Shown here one piece after another: positions 10,977 through 21,500 of a stretch of 64,000 bases of DNA. The notes under the pieces were generated by a model, which saw only the letters and a list, made by a program, of their open reading frames with translations, ran no database searches and was not told where the DNA came from. This DNA is from an uncultured Verrucomicrobiae bacterium (GTDB lineage Bacteria; Verrucomicrobiota; Verrucomicrobiia; Opitutales; JABDGR01): contig CAVXVB010000009.1 of assembly GCA_963765205.1 (NCBI GenBank), positions 576,001-640,000 on the forward strand. The letters are read 5' to 3'. Positions within the stretch are counted from its first letter, which is position 1. Each line of letters begins with the position of its first letter. A program made the position numbers and the translations under genes.

Positions 10977-12842
10977 ATGCGATTTTTCTGGAAAACTGTT
11001 TTGGCCAATTTCGTGGCCATTCTCCTCACGTTGCTGGTGCTGGCCATGATCTGCGTCGTGGCCTTTATCATCGTTATCCGGGTGATGGCGGGCGCGGCCG
11101 CTGGCTTGCACAACCAGGCCGTCCATTCGGACTCCGTGCTCGTTTTCGACATGAACGTGGCCATCACCGATGCGCCCAACCATGCCAGCGCTGGCGACCT
11201 GCTCTCCACCAACGGTTCCTCGCGACTGGATCTTTACGATGTGGTCACGGCGATTGACCACGCCGCGGGTGACGACCACATCACCGCCCTTTATATGAGC
11301 GGCAGCCTCAACACCGACAACTCTGCCTCGGGCTACGCCACCCTGATGGAGGTGCGCCAGGCGCTCGAGCGCTTCAAGGCCAGTGGGAAAAAGATCTATG
11401 CTTATCTCGAACAGCCCGCGCTCAAGGATTACTACCTGGCCACCGTGGCCAATGAAGTTTCCCTCAACCCCTTCGGCTACCTCAGCATCAACGGCCTCGC
11501 CGCCCAGTCCTTCTTCCTGCGCGACGCTCTGCAAAAATATGGCATCGGCGTCCAGGTCACGAAAGTGGGCAAATACAAATCCTTCACCGAAATGTTCACC
11601 GAGACGCACATGAGCGACGCCGACCGCGAGCAGCTCACCCAACTGCTCAACGGCATTTGGGGCACCGTGTCCGGCGAAATCGCCGCCAACCGCAAAATTG
11701 ACCCCGCCGCGTTCCAAACACTCGCCAACGAGCCGGGCCTTTACATCGCGCAGGACGCCTTGAAGGACAAACTGGTGGACCGTTTGGCATATCAGGACGA
11801 AATGATCAAGGAAATGGAAGGCGTCGGCGCCTACGACGACGACAACGACACGTTCTACCAGGTCTCGCTCGCCGCCTATGCCAAGCGCCTTGCCGACAAT
11901 CGTGCGGCCGCCGCCAAAAGCCCCTTCGCCGACAGCGATAAAATCGCCATCGTCTATGCCGAGGGCGACATTGTGGACGGCGCCGGCTCCGACGGCGAAG
12001 TCGGCGGCGACCAGTTCGCCTACGACTTGCGCTCGATTCGCGGCGACAAGGACGTGAAGGCCGTCGTGCTGCGCGTCAACAGCCCGGGCGGCAGCGCCTA
12101 CGCCAGCGAGGTCATCCAGCGCGAGATGCGCAACCTGCTCGACAAGAAAATCCCGGTGGTCGTTTCCATGGGCACCTACGCCGCTAGCGGCGGTTACTGG
12201 ATTTCCGCCTACAGTGATTATATTTACGCCGAGCCGACCACCGTCACCGGCTCCATCGGCGTCTTCGGCCTCAAGCTCAATTTGCAGGACATCGCCACCC
12301 AGCACGGCATTGATTTCGACACCGTCAAAACCTCGCCGTATTCCGACATGGACACCCTCACGCGCCCCTGGACGCCCGACGAGCAGAAGCTCGCGCAGAC
12401 TTTGGTGGATGATTTGTATGACCAGTTCATCTCCAAGGTCTCCGAAGGGCGGAAGCTCAAGTATGACGACGTGGCGCAAATCGCCCAGGGCCGTGTCTGG
12501 AGCGGCCTCGACGCCAAGAACAACGGCCTCGTCAACGCCATCGGCGGCCTCGGCGACGCCATCAAAAAGGCCGAGCAGCTCGGCCACCTCAGCAGCGGCC
12601 ATTACACGCTCGAAGAATTTCCCGAGGCGCGCACGCCGATTGAGGCGCTCGTCCAAACCCTGTCCAACGACGATAATTCGTCGCCAGTGTCAAAAGCCGG
12701 CGTCCCGGCATCGCTGGCGCCCCAGGGCCGCGACGCGCTCTCGACTTCCCTCCGCCAAATCGAAACGCAGTTGAATCTCGTCCGCACCTTCAACGACCCC
12801 AGCGGCCTCTATGCGCGGCTGCCGTATTTCTTGCAGTTTTAG
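10977..12842 (+). CDS. sppA: Signal peptide peptidase SppA, 67K type
   Basis: N-terminal TM, VGKYKS, VLRVNSPGGSA, VSMGTYAASGGYWIS, TGSIGV, AQGRVWSG. Confidence 0.96.
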   Translation: MRFFWKTVLANFVAILLTLLVLAMICVVAFIIVIRVMAGAAAGLHNQAVHSDSVLVFDMNVAITDAPNHASAGDLLSTNGSSRLDLYDVVTAIDHAAGDDHITALYMSGSLNTDNSASGYATLMEVRQALERFKASGKKIYAYLEQPALKDYYLATVANEVSLNPFGYLSINGLAAQSFFLRDALQKYGIGVQVTKVGKYKSFTEMFTETHMSDADREQLTQLLNGIWGTVSGEIAANRKIDPAAFQTLANEPGLYIAQDALKDKLVDRLAYQDEMIKEMEGVGAYDDDNDTFYQVSLAAYAKRLADNRAAAAKSPFADSDKIAIVYAEGDIVDGAGSDGEVGGDQFAYDLRSIRGDKDVKAVVLRVNSPGGSAYASEVIQREMRNLLDKKIPVVVSMGTYAASGGYWISAYSDYIYAEPTTVTGSIGVFGLKLNLQDIATQHGIDFDTVKTSPYSDMDTLTRPWTPDEQKLAQTLVDDLYDQFISKVSEGRKLKYDDVAQIAQGRVWSGLDAKNNGLVNAIGGLGDAIKKAEQLGHLSSGHYTLEEFPEARTPIEALVQTLSNDDNSSPVSKAGVPASLAPQGRDALSTSLRQIETQLNLVRTFNDPSGLYARLPYFLQF

Positions 12843-12960
12843 GTTGGGGGTGGTCGGCGGAATCCGCGGGATGCTTTGGTTGCGTTAAAGGAGAAAATAC
12901 TTGTTGGCCACCGGGTTGATGCATATCACCCCATTAGGGATACCCTCAACACCCGCTCCC

Positions 12961-14127
12961 ATGCCCAAGCCCTTCTTCTCCGGCTTCCGCTCCGCTGCCT
13001 GGGTAATCTTCGTTGTGTCGGCCTATTTTTGTCTCCCGGCATTGGGCGTAACCATCTCGTCCTCCGTCGCTCCTGCCGCCGCCACTTCTGCCGCCCCTGC
13101 CCCGGTCGCGCCCGGCCCGGTCTCATCGGAGCGCTATCAGGTCAACCTGAGCCCGCCATTTAAGGTTGGGCAAAAATTCAGCCTCGCGGCCAATGTGACC
13201 AGTAAAATGCAGATGCACATGGCCATCACCTTGTTGGGCGTCCCCACTCTGGGCCCCAGCAAAAGCGAGGCGAGTTCCGTCCAACTTGAGGCGGAAGGCG
13301 AAGTCCTCGCGATTTTTCCCAATGGCAGCCCCCAAAAAATCTCATTGACGCTGAAAAGCCTGGCCGCCACCAAAGATGCCAAACCCGTTCCCCACCTCCC
13401 CACGGCCGGCGCGGTCATCGTGGCCGAGGCGCTTCCGCCAGAGGAAAAGTCCACCCGGGCGGTTGCACCCGCCACCAATCCCCCGGCCGAAAACCCGCCC
13501 GCCAGCAAAAAACCAGCGGAAACTCCCGCCTCCAAGAACAACGGGGGCAAGGACCCGCCCAGCCCTGGTCTGTTCAGTGGTCTCCAAGCGGGTTCGCCCC
13601 GCGTCGCCCTCACGATTGATGGCACGCCCGCCAGCGACGATCTGACGTCTTTGCTGAAAAACTGTCTTGGTCTGGGCGATGGAAGCCACACCCGCCAGGA
13701 CACGTTTGGCCCGGCCGCCCCGGTGGGGGTGAACGCAACCTGGTCGGCGAACACCACCCTGGTGGTTTCCGACCTGAAAAAATCCCTGGGCGGCTCCCCG
13801 AGCGCCAAAAGCACGGTAAAATTGGACAGTATTAATGGTGCCGGCGCCGGCCAGGTGGCCACGGTCTCCGGCAATTATTCCATAGACATGGGAAAAATCG
13901 ACCCGAAGTTGATCCCCGACCTGCCCCCGGACGTGCCACTTGATTTGACTGTTTCTGTCTTGGATGAATTGTCCCTCTCCGTTCCCGCGACCACCAGTTC
14001 TGGCACGGCTCAAACCAACTCGACCATGACCATGACGCTCGAAGCCCGCCTCACCAAATTCGGTTTTGGCATCAAGGCCACCGGCGCCGGCGAAGAGCAA
14101 AGCACCGCCACCTTCACCTTTCATTGA
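12961..14127 (+). CDS. Hypothetical exported protein
   Basis: Hydrophobic signal-like N-terminus, Pro/Ala linkers, beta-rich C-terminus. Confidence 0.7.
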   Translation: MPKPFFSGFRSAAWVIFVVSAYFCLPALGVTISSSVAPAAATSAAPAPVAPGPVSSERYQVNLSPPFKVGQKFSLAANVTSKMQMHMAITLLGVPTLGPSKSEASSVQLEAEGEVLAIFPNGSPQKISLTLKSLAATKDAKPVPHLPTAGAVIVAEALPPEEKSTRAVAPATNPPAENPPASKKPAETPASKNNGGKDPPSPGLFSGLQAGSPRVALTIDGTPASDDLTSLLKNCLGLGDGSHTRQDTFGPAAPVGVNATWSANTTLVVSDLKKSLGGSPSAKSTVKLDSINGAGAGQVATVSGNYSIDMGKIDPKLIPDLPPDVPLDLTVSVLDELSLSVPATTSSGTAQTNSTMTMTLEARLTKFGFGIKATGAGEEQSTATFTFH

Positions 14128-14299
14128 TGGGCTAACGCGCTGTTGCGCCAGCGGAACGGTGGCTTGTGCCGCTTGAGGCAGAAATTTTTGCAGTGCGAAA
14201 TAAGCACCTCCGCCGCGTTACATTTCCGTTTCCGTCGCGTTTCAGGCTTCCCAAAACGCGAATACCGCCTAAAGTGAGCGCGCTTATCTGCATTTTTCC

Positions 14300-15517
14300 A
14301 TGAGCAAAAAAAGCGTCAAAACCACGGACAACCGCGGCAAGGTCGTCATCATCGGCGCGGGCGGCGTCGGGGGGGTGGTCGCGCACAAATGCGCGCAGGC
14401 TGCCGAGCATTTCCCGGACATGGTCCTCGCCTCGCGCACGCTCGCCAAGTGCCAGGCCATCGCCGCGCAACTGCCGCGCCCCATCCGCACCGCCGCGCTG
14501 GACGCCGACGACGTGCCGGCGCTCACCCAATTCCTGAAAAAGGAAAAGCCCTTCCTCGTCATCAATGTCGCGCTGCCCTACCAGGATTTACCGATTATGG
14601 ACGCCTGCCTGGCCGCGGGCGTGCATTACCTCGACACCGCCAATTACGAGCCGCCCGACGTCGCCAAATTCGAATACAAATGGCAATGGGCCTACCAGCA
14701 GAAATTCCTCAAGGCCGGGCTGATGGCGCTGCTCGGCTCCGGCTTCGACCCGGGCGTCACGAATGTTTTTTGCGCCTACGCGCAAAAAAAACTTTTCGAC
14801 CACATCGAGCAGATTGACATCCTCGACGCGAACGCCGGCGACCACGGCCTGCCCTTTGCCACCAACTTCAATCCCGAAATCAACCTGCGCGAAGTCTCCG
14901 CGCGCGGGCGTTATTTCGAGCACGGCGAATGGGTCGAGACCGAGCCGCTCTCCTGGGGGCGCACGTTCGACTTTCCTGTCCTCGGCCCGAAGAAGCTCTA
15001 CCTGCTTTACCACGAGGAATTGGAATCGCTCGCCAAAAACATCTCCGGCGTCAAGCGCCTGCGCTTTTGGATGACCTTTTCGGACAACTACCTCAACCAC
15101 ATGCGCGCGCTGCAAAATGTCGGAATGCTCGGCATCGCGCCCGTCGAGCACCAGGGCAAACAGATCATCCCGATTCAATTCCTGAAAACGTTGCTGCCCG
15201 ACCCGGCTTCGCTCGGCCCGCGCACAAAAGGCAAGACGAACATCGGTTGCCTGGTCGAGGGCGTGAAGAATGGGAAAAAACGCCGTGTGTATATCTATAA
15301 CGTCTGCGACCACCAGGAATGTTACCGCGAGGTGCAATCGCAGGCCATCAGTTACACGACCGGCGTGCCCGCGGTGGTCGGCGCAATCATGATGACCTCC
15401 AGCGCGTGGCTCAAACCCGGCGTGTGGAACATGGAGCAACTCGACCCCGAGCCATTCCTCGCCGAACTCGCCCGCCGCGGCCTGCCGTGGAATGTGCTGG
15501 AATTGCCGGCGGAATAA
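14300..15517 (+). CDS. Carboxy(nor)spermidine dehydrogenase (saccharopine dehydrogenase family)
   Basis: IIGAGGVG, NVALPYQDL, YLDTANYEP, GFDPGVTN, ATNFNPEIN, QAISYTTGVP; nspC downstream. Confidence 0.93.
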   Translation: MSKKSVKTTDNRGKVVIIGAGGVGGVVAHKCAQAAEHFPDMVLASRTLAKCQAIAAQLPRPIRTAALDADDVPALTQFLKKEKPFLVINVALPYQDLPIMDACLAAGVHYLDTANYEPPDVAKFEYKWQWAYQQKFLKAGLMALLGSGFDPGVTNVFCAYAQKKLFDHIEQIDILDANAGDHGLPFATNFNPEINLREVSARGRYFEHGEWVETEPLSWGRTFDFPVLGPKKLYLLYHEELESLAKNISGVKRLRFWMTFSDNYLNHMRALQNVGMLGIAPVEHQGKQIIPIQFLKTLLPDPASLGPRTKGKTNIGCLVEGVKNGKKRRVYIYNVCDHQECYREVQSQAISYTTGVPAVVGAIMMTSSAWLKPGVWNMEQLDPEPFLAELARRGLPWNVLELPAE

Positions 15518-15525
15518 TAGATGGT

Positions 15526-15603
15526 TTAACCACAAAAAACGCAAAAGACACAAAACGGGAACAGATTGGATTCCTTTGCGTCTCTTATGTTTTTTGTGGT
15601 GAA
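15526..15603. repeat. Palindromic element with 9-nt-unit arms
   Basis: ttaaccacaaaaaacgcaaaagacacaaaa versus reverse complement of right arm ttcaccacaaaaaacataagagacgcaaag. Confidence 0.8.
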
Positions 15604-15646
15604 TCTTATTCTTGCCAAAATCACCGCGTTGAACGAGAATTTGCCC

Positions 15647-16207
15647 ATGGCCACCGCAGTCAAAGCCTGGACGGAAGAGGAATTGCTGGCGCTCGAACAC
15701 CCCGGCGCCAAATGCGAACTCATTGACGGAGAACTCATCATGAGCCCGACTGGTTACAACCACGAATATATTGGGGCGCGATTGCTCACCAAAATGGCGA
15801 TCCACGCGGAACGCCACAAGCTCGGTTCGGTCTGTGGCTCCAGCTTCGGTTGCCTGATGGAATCGGGCAATGTGCTTTCCCCCGACGTTTCCTTTATCCG
15901 CCGCGACCGCCTGCCCCGTACCGCCGAAGAGAGCAAAAGATTTTTCCGTGGTGCTCCGGACATCGTGGTCGAGGTTTTGTCGCCGTGGGATCGCACCAGC
16001 CGCCTGCACGAAAAGATGGAGGAGTATTTCCACAGCGGCGCGCGCCTGCTCTGGGTCGTCAACCCCGAGGAGAAAACAGTGGAGGTCTGCCGCGCCCAGA
16101 CCGCATCCCGCCTGCTCACTGAACGCGACACCCTCGACGGCGAGGACGTGCCCCCCTGTTTTCGCTTGCCGTTGGCGGAGTTGTTTGGTGACATCACTGG
16201 CACATGA
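15647..16207 (+). CDS. Uma2-family PD-(D/E)xK endonuclease-like protein
   Basis: ELIDGELIMSP, PDVSFI, APDIVVEVLSP, YFHSGARLLWVVNP. Confidence 0.92.
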   Translation: MATAVKAWTEEELLALEHPGAKCELIDGELIMSPTGYNHEYIGARLLTKMAIHAERHKLGSVCGSSFGCLMESGNVLSPDVSFIRRDRLPRTAEESKRFFRGAPDIVVEVLSPWDRTSRLHEKMEEYFHSGARLLWVVNPEEKTVEVCRAQTASRLLTERDTLDGEDVPPCFRLPLAELFGDITGT

Positions 16208-16306
16208 TCTTGGGGTGTCGCATTAGTTGTATCCGCTGAGCGTTATTGGTAGATGCAATTTATGGTTTCACTCTCTTTTCCAAATTGAACTATCTCCATT
16301 TAGGTT

Positions 16307-17311
16307 ATGCCTATCAACGACAGCATCGAGAATAGGACTTTTGAGGACCTGTTCAGCGGATTGGTCAACTTTGAGGTGCCATTTTTTCAAAGGAATTATT
16401 CCTGGGGCAGAGAGCAGTGGAAAACCTTGTTAGAAGATATTTGGGAGCAAATTATTGCAGATGTAATCGAGCAAATTAAATTTGAGAATCCTAATGACCT
16501 CATCACGCGTGAGCAGCTAAGCAAGCATTTAATCGAGCATGAGCATTATTTTGGAGCGATCGTCGTTCTTGAAAAAATGAATACGCACCCTGCATTAAAA
16601 TCATTTTTGATAATTGATGGTCAGCAACGAATTACAACGGCTTACCTACTATTGGCAATCGTCTCAGACCTCCTAAAAGAACAGGAGAATTTGTCGGCAA
16701 ATGCTCAATCTGTCCTACAGAAGTTGGATTCGTGTCTTCGAAACAATGTCGACCCTAAAGGCGATGATTATCGTCGTCTTAAGATAATCAGCAACAAAGG
16801 TGACCGTTTACCAACATACTTAAAGCTTAATAAGCAGAACCCGGAGTCTCCTTCGTTAGTTGTTGATAATCAACTATACACTCCGGGAAAAAACCAAATT
16901 GATGCGTTATGGGATTACGCTTATAAAAAATTGAAATCTTACAACGTCCCCCAACTTTGTGTCTTTGCAGAAGCAATCCTAAACGGCCTAAAAATTGTTT
17001 GGATACCACTGGACGAACACAAAGACAATCCACAGGCTATCTTTGAGGGCTTAAACGATAAAGGCATGCCCCTATCAGCAGTGGAATTACTATGCAGCTA
17101 CAAAAATACTTTAGGAAACCTTTGTCTTATTGGTGAACGCGCAAATAGTTCTCTTGGGAACGACCCGTTTGAGAGAAAAAGAGGGAGTTATACGGATGTC
17201 AGCGCACTATGCCGCGATATTAAATCGAGGCACGGTACCTGGAATATTTCGGCAATTAAACAGCGCTCAGGTGATTTATCAAAGAAGGCTCTCGAAATTT
17301 GGTCATGGTGA
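16307..17311 (+). CDS. DUF262 (GmrS-like) protein fused to the tail of DUF1524; apparent internal deletion
   Basis: VPFFQRNYSW, IIDGQQRITT and IFEGLNDKGMPLS, then directly NTLGNLCL..NSSLGNDPF; AT-rich compared with neighbours. Confidence 0.8.
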   Translation: MPINDSIENRTFEDLFSGLVNFEVPFFQRNYSWGREQWKTLLEDIWEQIIADVIEQIKFENPNDLITREQLSKHLIEHEHYFGAIVVLEKMNTHPALKSFLIIDGQQRITTAYLLLAIVSDLLKEQENLSANAQSVLQKLDSCLRNNVDPKGDDYRRLKIISNKGDRLPTYLKLNKQNPESPSLVVDNQLYTPGKNQIDALWDYAYKKLKSYNVPQLCVFAEAILNGLKIVWIPLDEHKDNPQAIFEGLNDKGMPLSAVELLCSYKNTLGNLCLIGERANSSLGNDPFERKRGSYTDVSALCRDIKSRHGTWNISAIKQRSGDLSKKALEIWSW

Positions 17312-17331
17312 GGTCTTGATGCTGCTTCATT

Positions 17332-18523
17332 ATGTCCCAAAACCCCACGCCGCCGTTTCCGCCGGAGCGCCTGCGCCAGTTGGCCGCGCTGGATTATGCG
17401 CGCCTGCCTTCGCCTTGCTATGTCGTCCACCTCGGGCGGCTCGAGGAAAATTGCTGCCTGCTCGCCGACGTGGCCAAACGTGCGGGCTGCAAAATCCTGC
17501 TCGCGCAAAAAGGGTTTGCGATGCCCGCGGCGTATCCGCTCATCGCAAAATATCTGCCTGGCACGACCTCGAGCGGCCTGCACGAGGCGCTGCTGGCGCA
17601 CGAGTTTTTCCACGGCGAAGTCCATGTTTACAGCGTCGCCTACAAGGACGCCGAGCTGGAGCACCTGCTTGGGTTCGCGCACACGCTGATTTTCAATTCG
17701 CCCGCGCAATGGCGGCGCTTCCGGGAAAAAGTCCACGCGGCCCCGCGGCGCATCGAGGCCGGCCTGCGCGTGAACCCGGAGTATTCCGAGGTCGAAACCG
17801 ATTTATACAATCCCTGCGCGCCCTGCTCGCGCCTCGGCACGCCGCGTTCCGAACTTGAGCCGGGCGACCTCGCCGGTCTCGACGGCCTGCATTTTCACAC
17901 CCTCTGCGAGCAGGACAGCGACGCGCTCGAACACACCGTCGCCGCCTTCGAGGAAAAATTCAGCGAGTATTTTCCAAAACTCAAATGGGTCAACTTCGGC
18001 GGCGGCCACCATATCACGCGCCCCGGTTACGACCTCGACCGCCTCGTGCGCGTCGTGCAAAATTTTCGCGCGAAATATAAATTGGAAGTCTATCTCGAAC
18101 CCGGCGAGGCCGTCGCGCTGCACACCGGCGTGCTCGTCGGCACCGTGCTCGACCTGCCACGCAACACCATGCCCTTGGCGATTCTCGACGTTTCCGCCAC
18201 CGCGCACATGCCCGACGTTTTGGAAATGCCCTACCGTCCGGCCCGTCCTCAACGCCGGCGCGGCGGGCGAATTCGCGCACACCTACCGCCTCGGCGGGCC
18301 AACCTGCCTCGCGGGCGATGTTATCGGCGACTATTCCTTTCCCGCGCCACTAAAAATCGGCGACCGGGTGGTCTTTCTCGACATGGCGCACTACACCATG
18401 GTCAAGACCTCGACCTTCAACGGCGTCCCGCTGCCCAGCATTGCCGTCTTCGATCCGACCGCTGGCGATTTCCGCATCATTGCGCGCTTCGGCTATGAGG
18501 ACTACCGACGGCGGCTGGGGTGA
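17332..18523 (+). CDS. nspC: Carboxy(nor)spermidine decarboxylase, frameshift near 18240
   Basis: LLAQKGF, YNPCAPCSRLG, GLHFHTLCEQ, NFGGGHHITR, HMPDVLEMPYRP; C-terminal GGPTCLAGDVIGDY and YTMVKTSTFNG lie in another frame. Confidence 0.93.
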
Positions 18524-18648
18524 ATTAGGGCCGGGTCTAGGGTAAATTCAGCGGGCCTTGCGCCGATAGGCCAGGGAGTATTTCCACTCTTGCACGCGCC
18601 CCATAAACCCCTTATTGCTTAAACGCCGTGTCGCCATTGGTTTCTAAT

Positions 18649-19785
18649 ATGGTTGAACCGCTCGCCGTCGAGGCGCCCGCCTTGCGTCTCGAGGAACATC
18701 CATTTTTCAAAGGCCTGACCCGCGAAAATGTCAACGCGCTGGCGGCGGCGGCCAACATCCTGCGCAACCAGCCGGGCGAGGTGATTTTTGAAGAAGGCGG
18801 CGAATCCGATGCGCTATTTCTCGTGCTCGAGGGGCGCGTGGCCTTCGAGAAATCCATTCCGGGTAACAAGTGGCGCGTCATCAGCTACGCGGAGACGGGC
18901 CACTTTTTTGGCGAGATCGGCGTGCTAACCGGCGCCCCGCGCGCCTTGCGGGCCGTGGCCGCCGGCCCGGCCACGATCGCCTGCCTGCCCAGCGGAGACT
19001 TGCGCGAGTTCATCCGCCGCGCTCCCGGCCCGATTGACCAGATTCTTCAGTCCATTGTCAACCATCTCCACCACACCACCCGGCATTATGTGGACGATAT
19101 GCTTCACCAGGAGAAAATGTCCTTGGTCGGCAACATGGTCAGTTCCATTATTCACGATTTCAAAAATCCCTTCACCCTCATCAGCCTCGGCGCGCAGTTG
19201 ATCGCCACCCAGCACCACGACCCCAAGACCCAGAAGCTTTGCGCCAACATGAACAAGCAGATTCAGCGCATGGTGGACATGGCTAATGAAGTAAGCGAAT
19301 TTGCCAAGGGCGTGCAGACTTTCAAGCCCGCCCGGGTGGACCTGCGCGAACTCGTCGCCCGCTTCCGCGAACTCAACGAGCCGTATTTCCAGAAGGAACG
19401 TGTCACCATCGAGACGGACATCGAGGCGGTCTTTATTGAGGCCGAGGAGAACAAGCTTCTGCGCGTGCTGCAAAACCTCGTCGGCAACGCCATTGACGGA
19501 TGCGACGAACGCCCGGATGGAAAAGTTCGCATCGAGGTGCGCGACCGCAAGGAGAGCGTCGAAATCATCGTGGCGGACAACGGCAAGGGCATCCCCGAAC
19601 AAATCCGCAACAACCTCTTCGACCCCTTTGTCACTTATGGCAAAACGGGCGGCACCGGCCTCGGCACCGCGATTGTTAAATCCATCGTCGAGGCCCACAA
19701 AGGCCGCATCCGCTTCGAGACTTGCACGGGCCAGGGCACGACCTTTTTCATCCTGTTGCCCAAGTCGCAGGGGCCGCGGTCCTAG
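18649..19785 (+). CDS. Cytoplasmic histidine kinase with cyclic-nucleotide-binding domain
   Basis: FFGEIG...PRA cNMP fold; IIHDFKNP H-box; NLVGNA, DNGKGI, GTGLG boxes; no TM. Confidence 0.9.
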   Translation: MVEPLAVEAPALRLEEHPFFKGLTRENVNALAAAANILRNQPGEVIFEEGGESDALFLVLEGRVAFEKSIPGNKWRVISYAETGHFFGEIGVLTGAPRALRAVAAGPATIACLPSGDLREFIRRAPGPIDQILQSIVNHLHHTTRHYVDDMLHQEKMSLVGNMVSSIIHDFKNPFTLISLGAQLIATQHHDPKTQKLCANMNKQIQRMVDMANEVSEFAKGVQTFKPARVDLRELVARFRELNEPYFQKERVTIETDIEAVFIEAEENKLLRVLQNLVGNAIDGCDERPDGKVRIEVRDRKESVEIIVADNGKGIPEQIRNNLFDPFVTYGKTGGTGLGTAIVKSIVEAHKGRIRFETCTGQGTTFFILLPKSQGPRS

Positions 19786-19882
19786 GGTGGGGGAGCGAAT
19801 TTCTGGAAAATTATTCCTTGTCTCACCCGCCGCCGATACTCTACTATCCAGCTAAACATTAATCAAGTAATTGTTTAGCCCG

Positions 19883-20374
19883 ATGCACCTCACCAAAAAA
19901 GGCGAATACGCCCTGCGCGCGCTGATCAACCTCGGCCTTGCCAAAGAAGTTGGGCGCACCCATGTGTCCGTTTCCGAACTAACGGGCTTGAGCCAGTTGC
20001 CGCTCAAATACGTCGAACAGATTTTGCACCAGCTCCGGCTGGCGGGTTATGTGGACACGAAGCGTGGTAAATACGGCGGCTATTACCTCCGCAAACCCGC
20101 CGCCGAAATTAAAATCGGCGAAATCGTGCGCCTGCTGGACGGCCCGCTCGCGCCGATTTCCTGCGCCAGCCAGACGGCCTACGCCCCCTGCACCTGCCCG
20201 GACGAGGCCCACTGCGGCCTGCGCATGCTCATGGTGGACGTGCGCAACGCCATTGCCAACATCCTCGACAAATACTCCCTGGCCGACGTTGTCGAGGTCA
20301 CCATGCGCAAGATGAAACGGGATAAAATCCCACTCCCGTTTTCCCGGCCGGTCCGCGCGGCGCAGGCAGATTAA
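19883..20374 (+). CDS. Rrf2-family transcriptional regulator
   Basis: LTKKGEYALRAL, RGKYGGYYL, Cys cluster CASQTAYAPCTCPDEAHC. Confidence 0.93.
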   Translation: MHLTKKGEYALRALINLGLAKEVGRTHVSVSELTGLSQLPLKYVEQILHQLRLAGYVDTKRGKYGGYYLRKPAAEIKIGEIVRLLDGPLAPISCASQTAYAPCTCPDEAHCGLRMLMVDVRNAIANILDKYSLADVVEVTMRKMKRDKIPLPFSRPVRAAQAD

Positions 20375-20384
20375 AAATTTACCG

Positions 20385-20434
20385 TTGACATTGTCGCGAT
20401 ATTTGCGATTTTAATGTCTACCAACTTAATAAAG
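20385..20434 (+). promoter_or_regulatory. Putative promoter and operator of the sulfate ABC operon
   Basis: TTGACA at 20385, AT-rich -10 region with non-optimal spacing, then TCTACCAACTTAATAAAG resembling a box upstream of the Rrf2 gene. Confidence 0.45.
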
Positions 20435-20464
20435 TATATCTATATCAAGATTAGGGGAATTACC

Positions 20465-21489
20465 ATGAAACCGCTTCGCATTCTTTCACTCGTCCTGCTG
20501 GGCACCGCTGTCTGGGCCGCTGCCTCCCGCGCGGGCGCGGCTGACGCGTCGGCGCCGAAAAAAATTTCCCTCGTCAATGTCTCCTATGATCCGACGCGCG
20601 AGTTGTATGTGGAAATCAACGCCGCCTTCGTCAAGTTTTGGAAGGCCAAAACCGGGCAGGACGTGGTGATTTCGCAGTCCCACGGCGGCTCGGGCACCCA
20701 ATCGCGCAAGGTGATTGACGGCGCGCCCGCCGATGTGGTCACGCTCGCACTCTCCGCCGACATTGACGCCATCGCGGACGCCAAGCTGATTTCCTCGCCC
20801 AACTGGCAATCCCGCCTGCCGAACAACAGCACGCCCTACACCTCGACCATCGTCTTCCTTGTCCGCAAGGGCAATCCCAAGGGCATCAAGGACTGGGACG
20901 ACTTGGTCAAACCGGGCCTTTCCATTATCACGCCGAACCCGAAGACCTCCGGCGGCGCGCGTTGGAACTACCTGGCCGCTTGGGCCTACGCGAAAAACAA
21001 ATACGGCTCCGATGCCGCCGCGAAGGACTTCGTCAAAAAAATCTACGCAGCGTCCCCGTGCTCGATTCCGGGGCGCGCAATGCTACCCTCACCTTCGCCA
21101 AGAACGGCCAGGGCGACGTGCTGCTCGCCTGGGAGAATGACGCCCACCTCGCCGTTCAGGAATTTGGCGCGGACAAAATCGAAATCGTCATTCCTTCACT
21201 AAGCATCCTCGCCGAGCCGCCCGTGGCACTGGTGGATCAGAATGTGGATCGGAATGGCACGCGCGCCGTGGCGCAGGCCTACCTGAATTACCTCTACACC
21301 GATGAGGCGCAGGACATTATCGGGAAAAACTTTTTCCGCCCCACCACCGAGAAGGCGAAGGCAAAATACTCCAGCCAGTTCCCGGACATCAAGCTCGCCA
21401 CCATTGCGGACTTCGGCGGCTGGGCCAAGGCGCAAAAGGAGCATTTTGCCGACGGCGGCACCTTCGACCAAATCTATTCGAAAAAATAG
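20465..21489 (+). CDS. sbp: Sulfate ABC transporter substrate-binding protein, frameshift near 21050
   Basis: [45 protein letters not shown]; continues VPVLDSGAR...[12 protein letters not shown] in a second frame. Confidence 0.93.
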
Positions 21490-21500
21490 GCCCATTCGCA

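Noticed and set aside
10965..12656. 563-aa minus-strand ORF
   Set aside because: Antisense shadow of sppA, typical of high-GC codon bias; the same applies to 14588..16033, 22080..23534, 50557..52269 and 61963..63216
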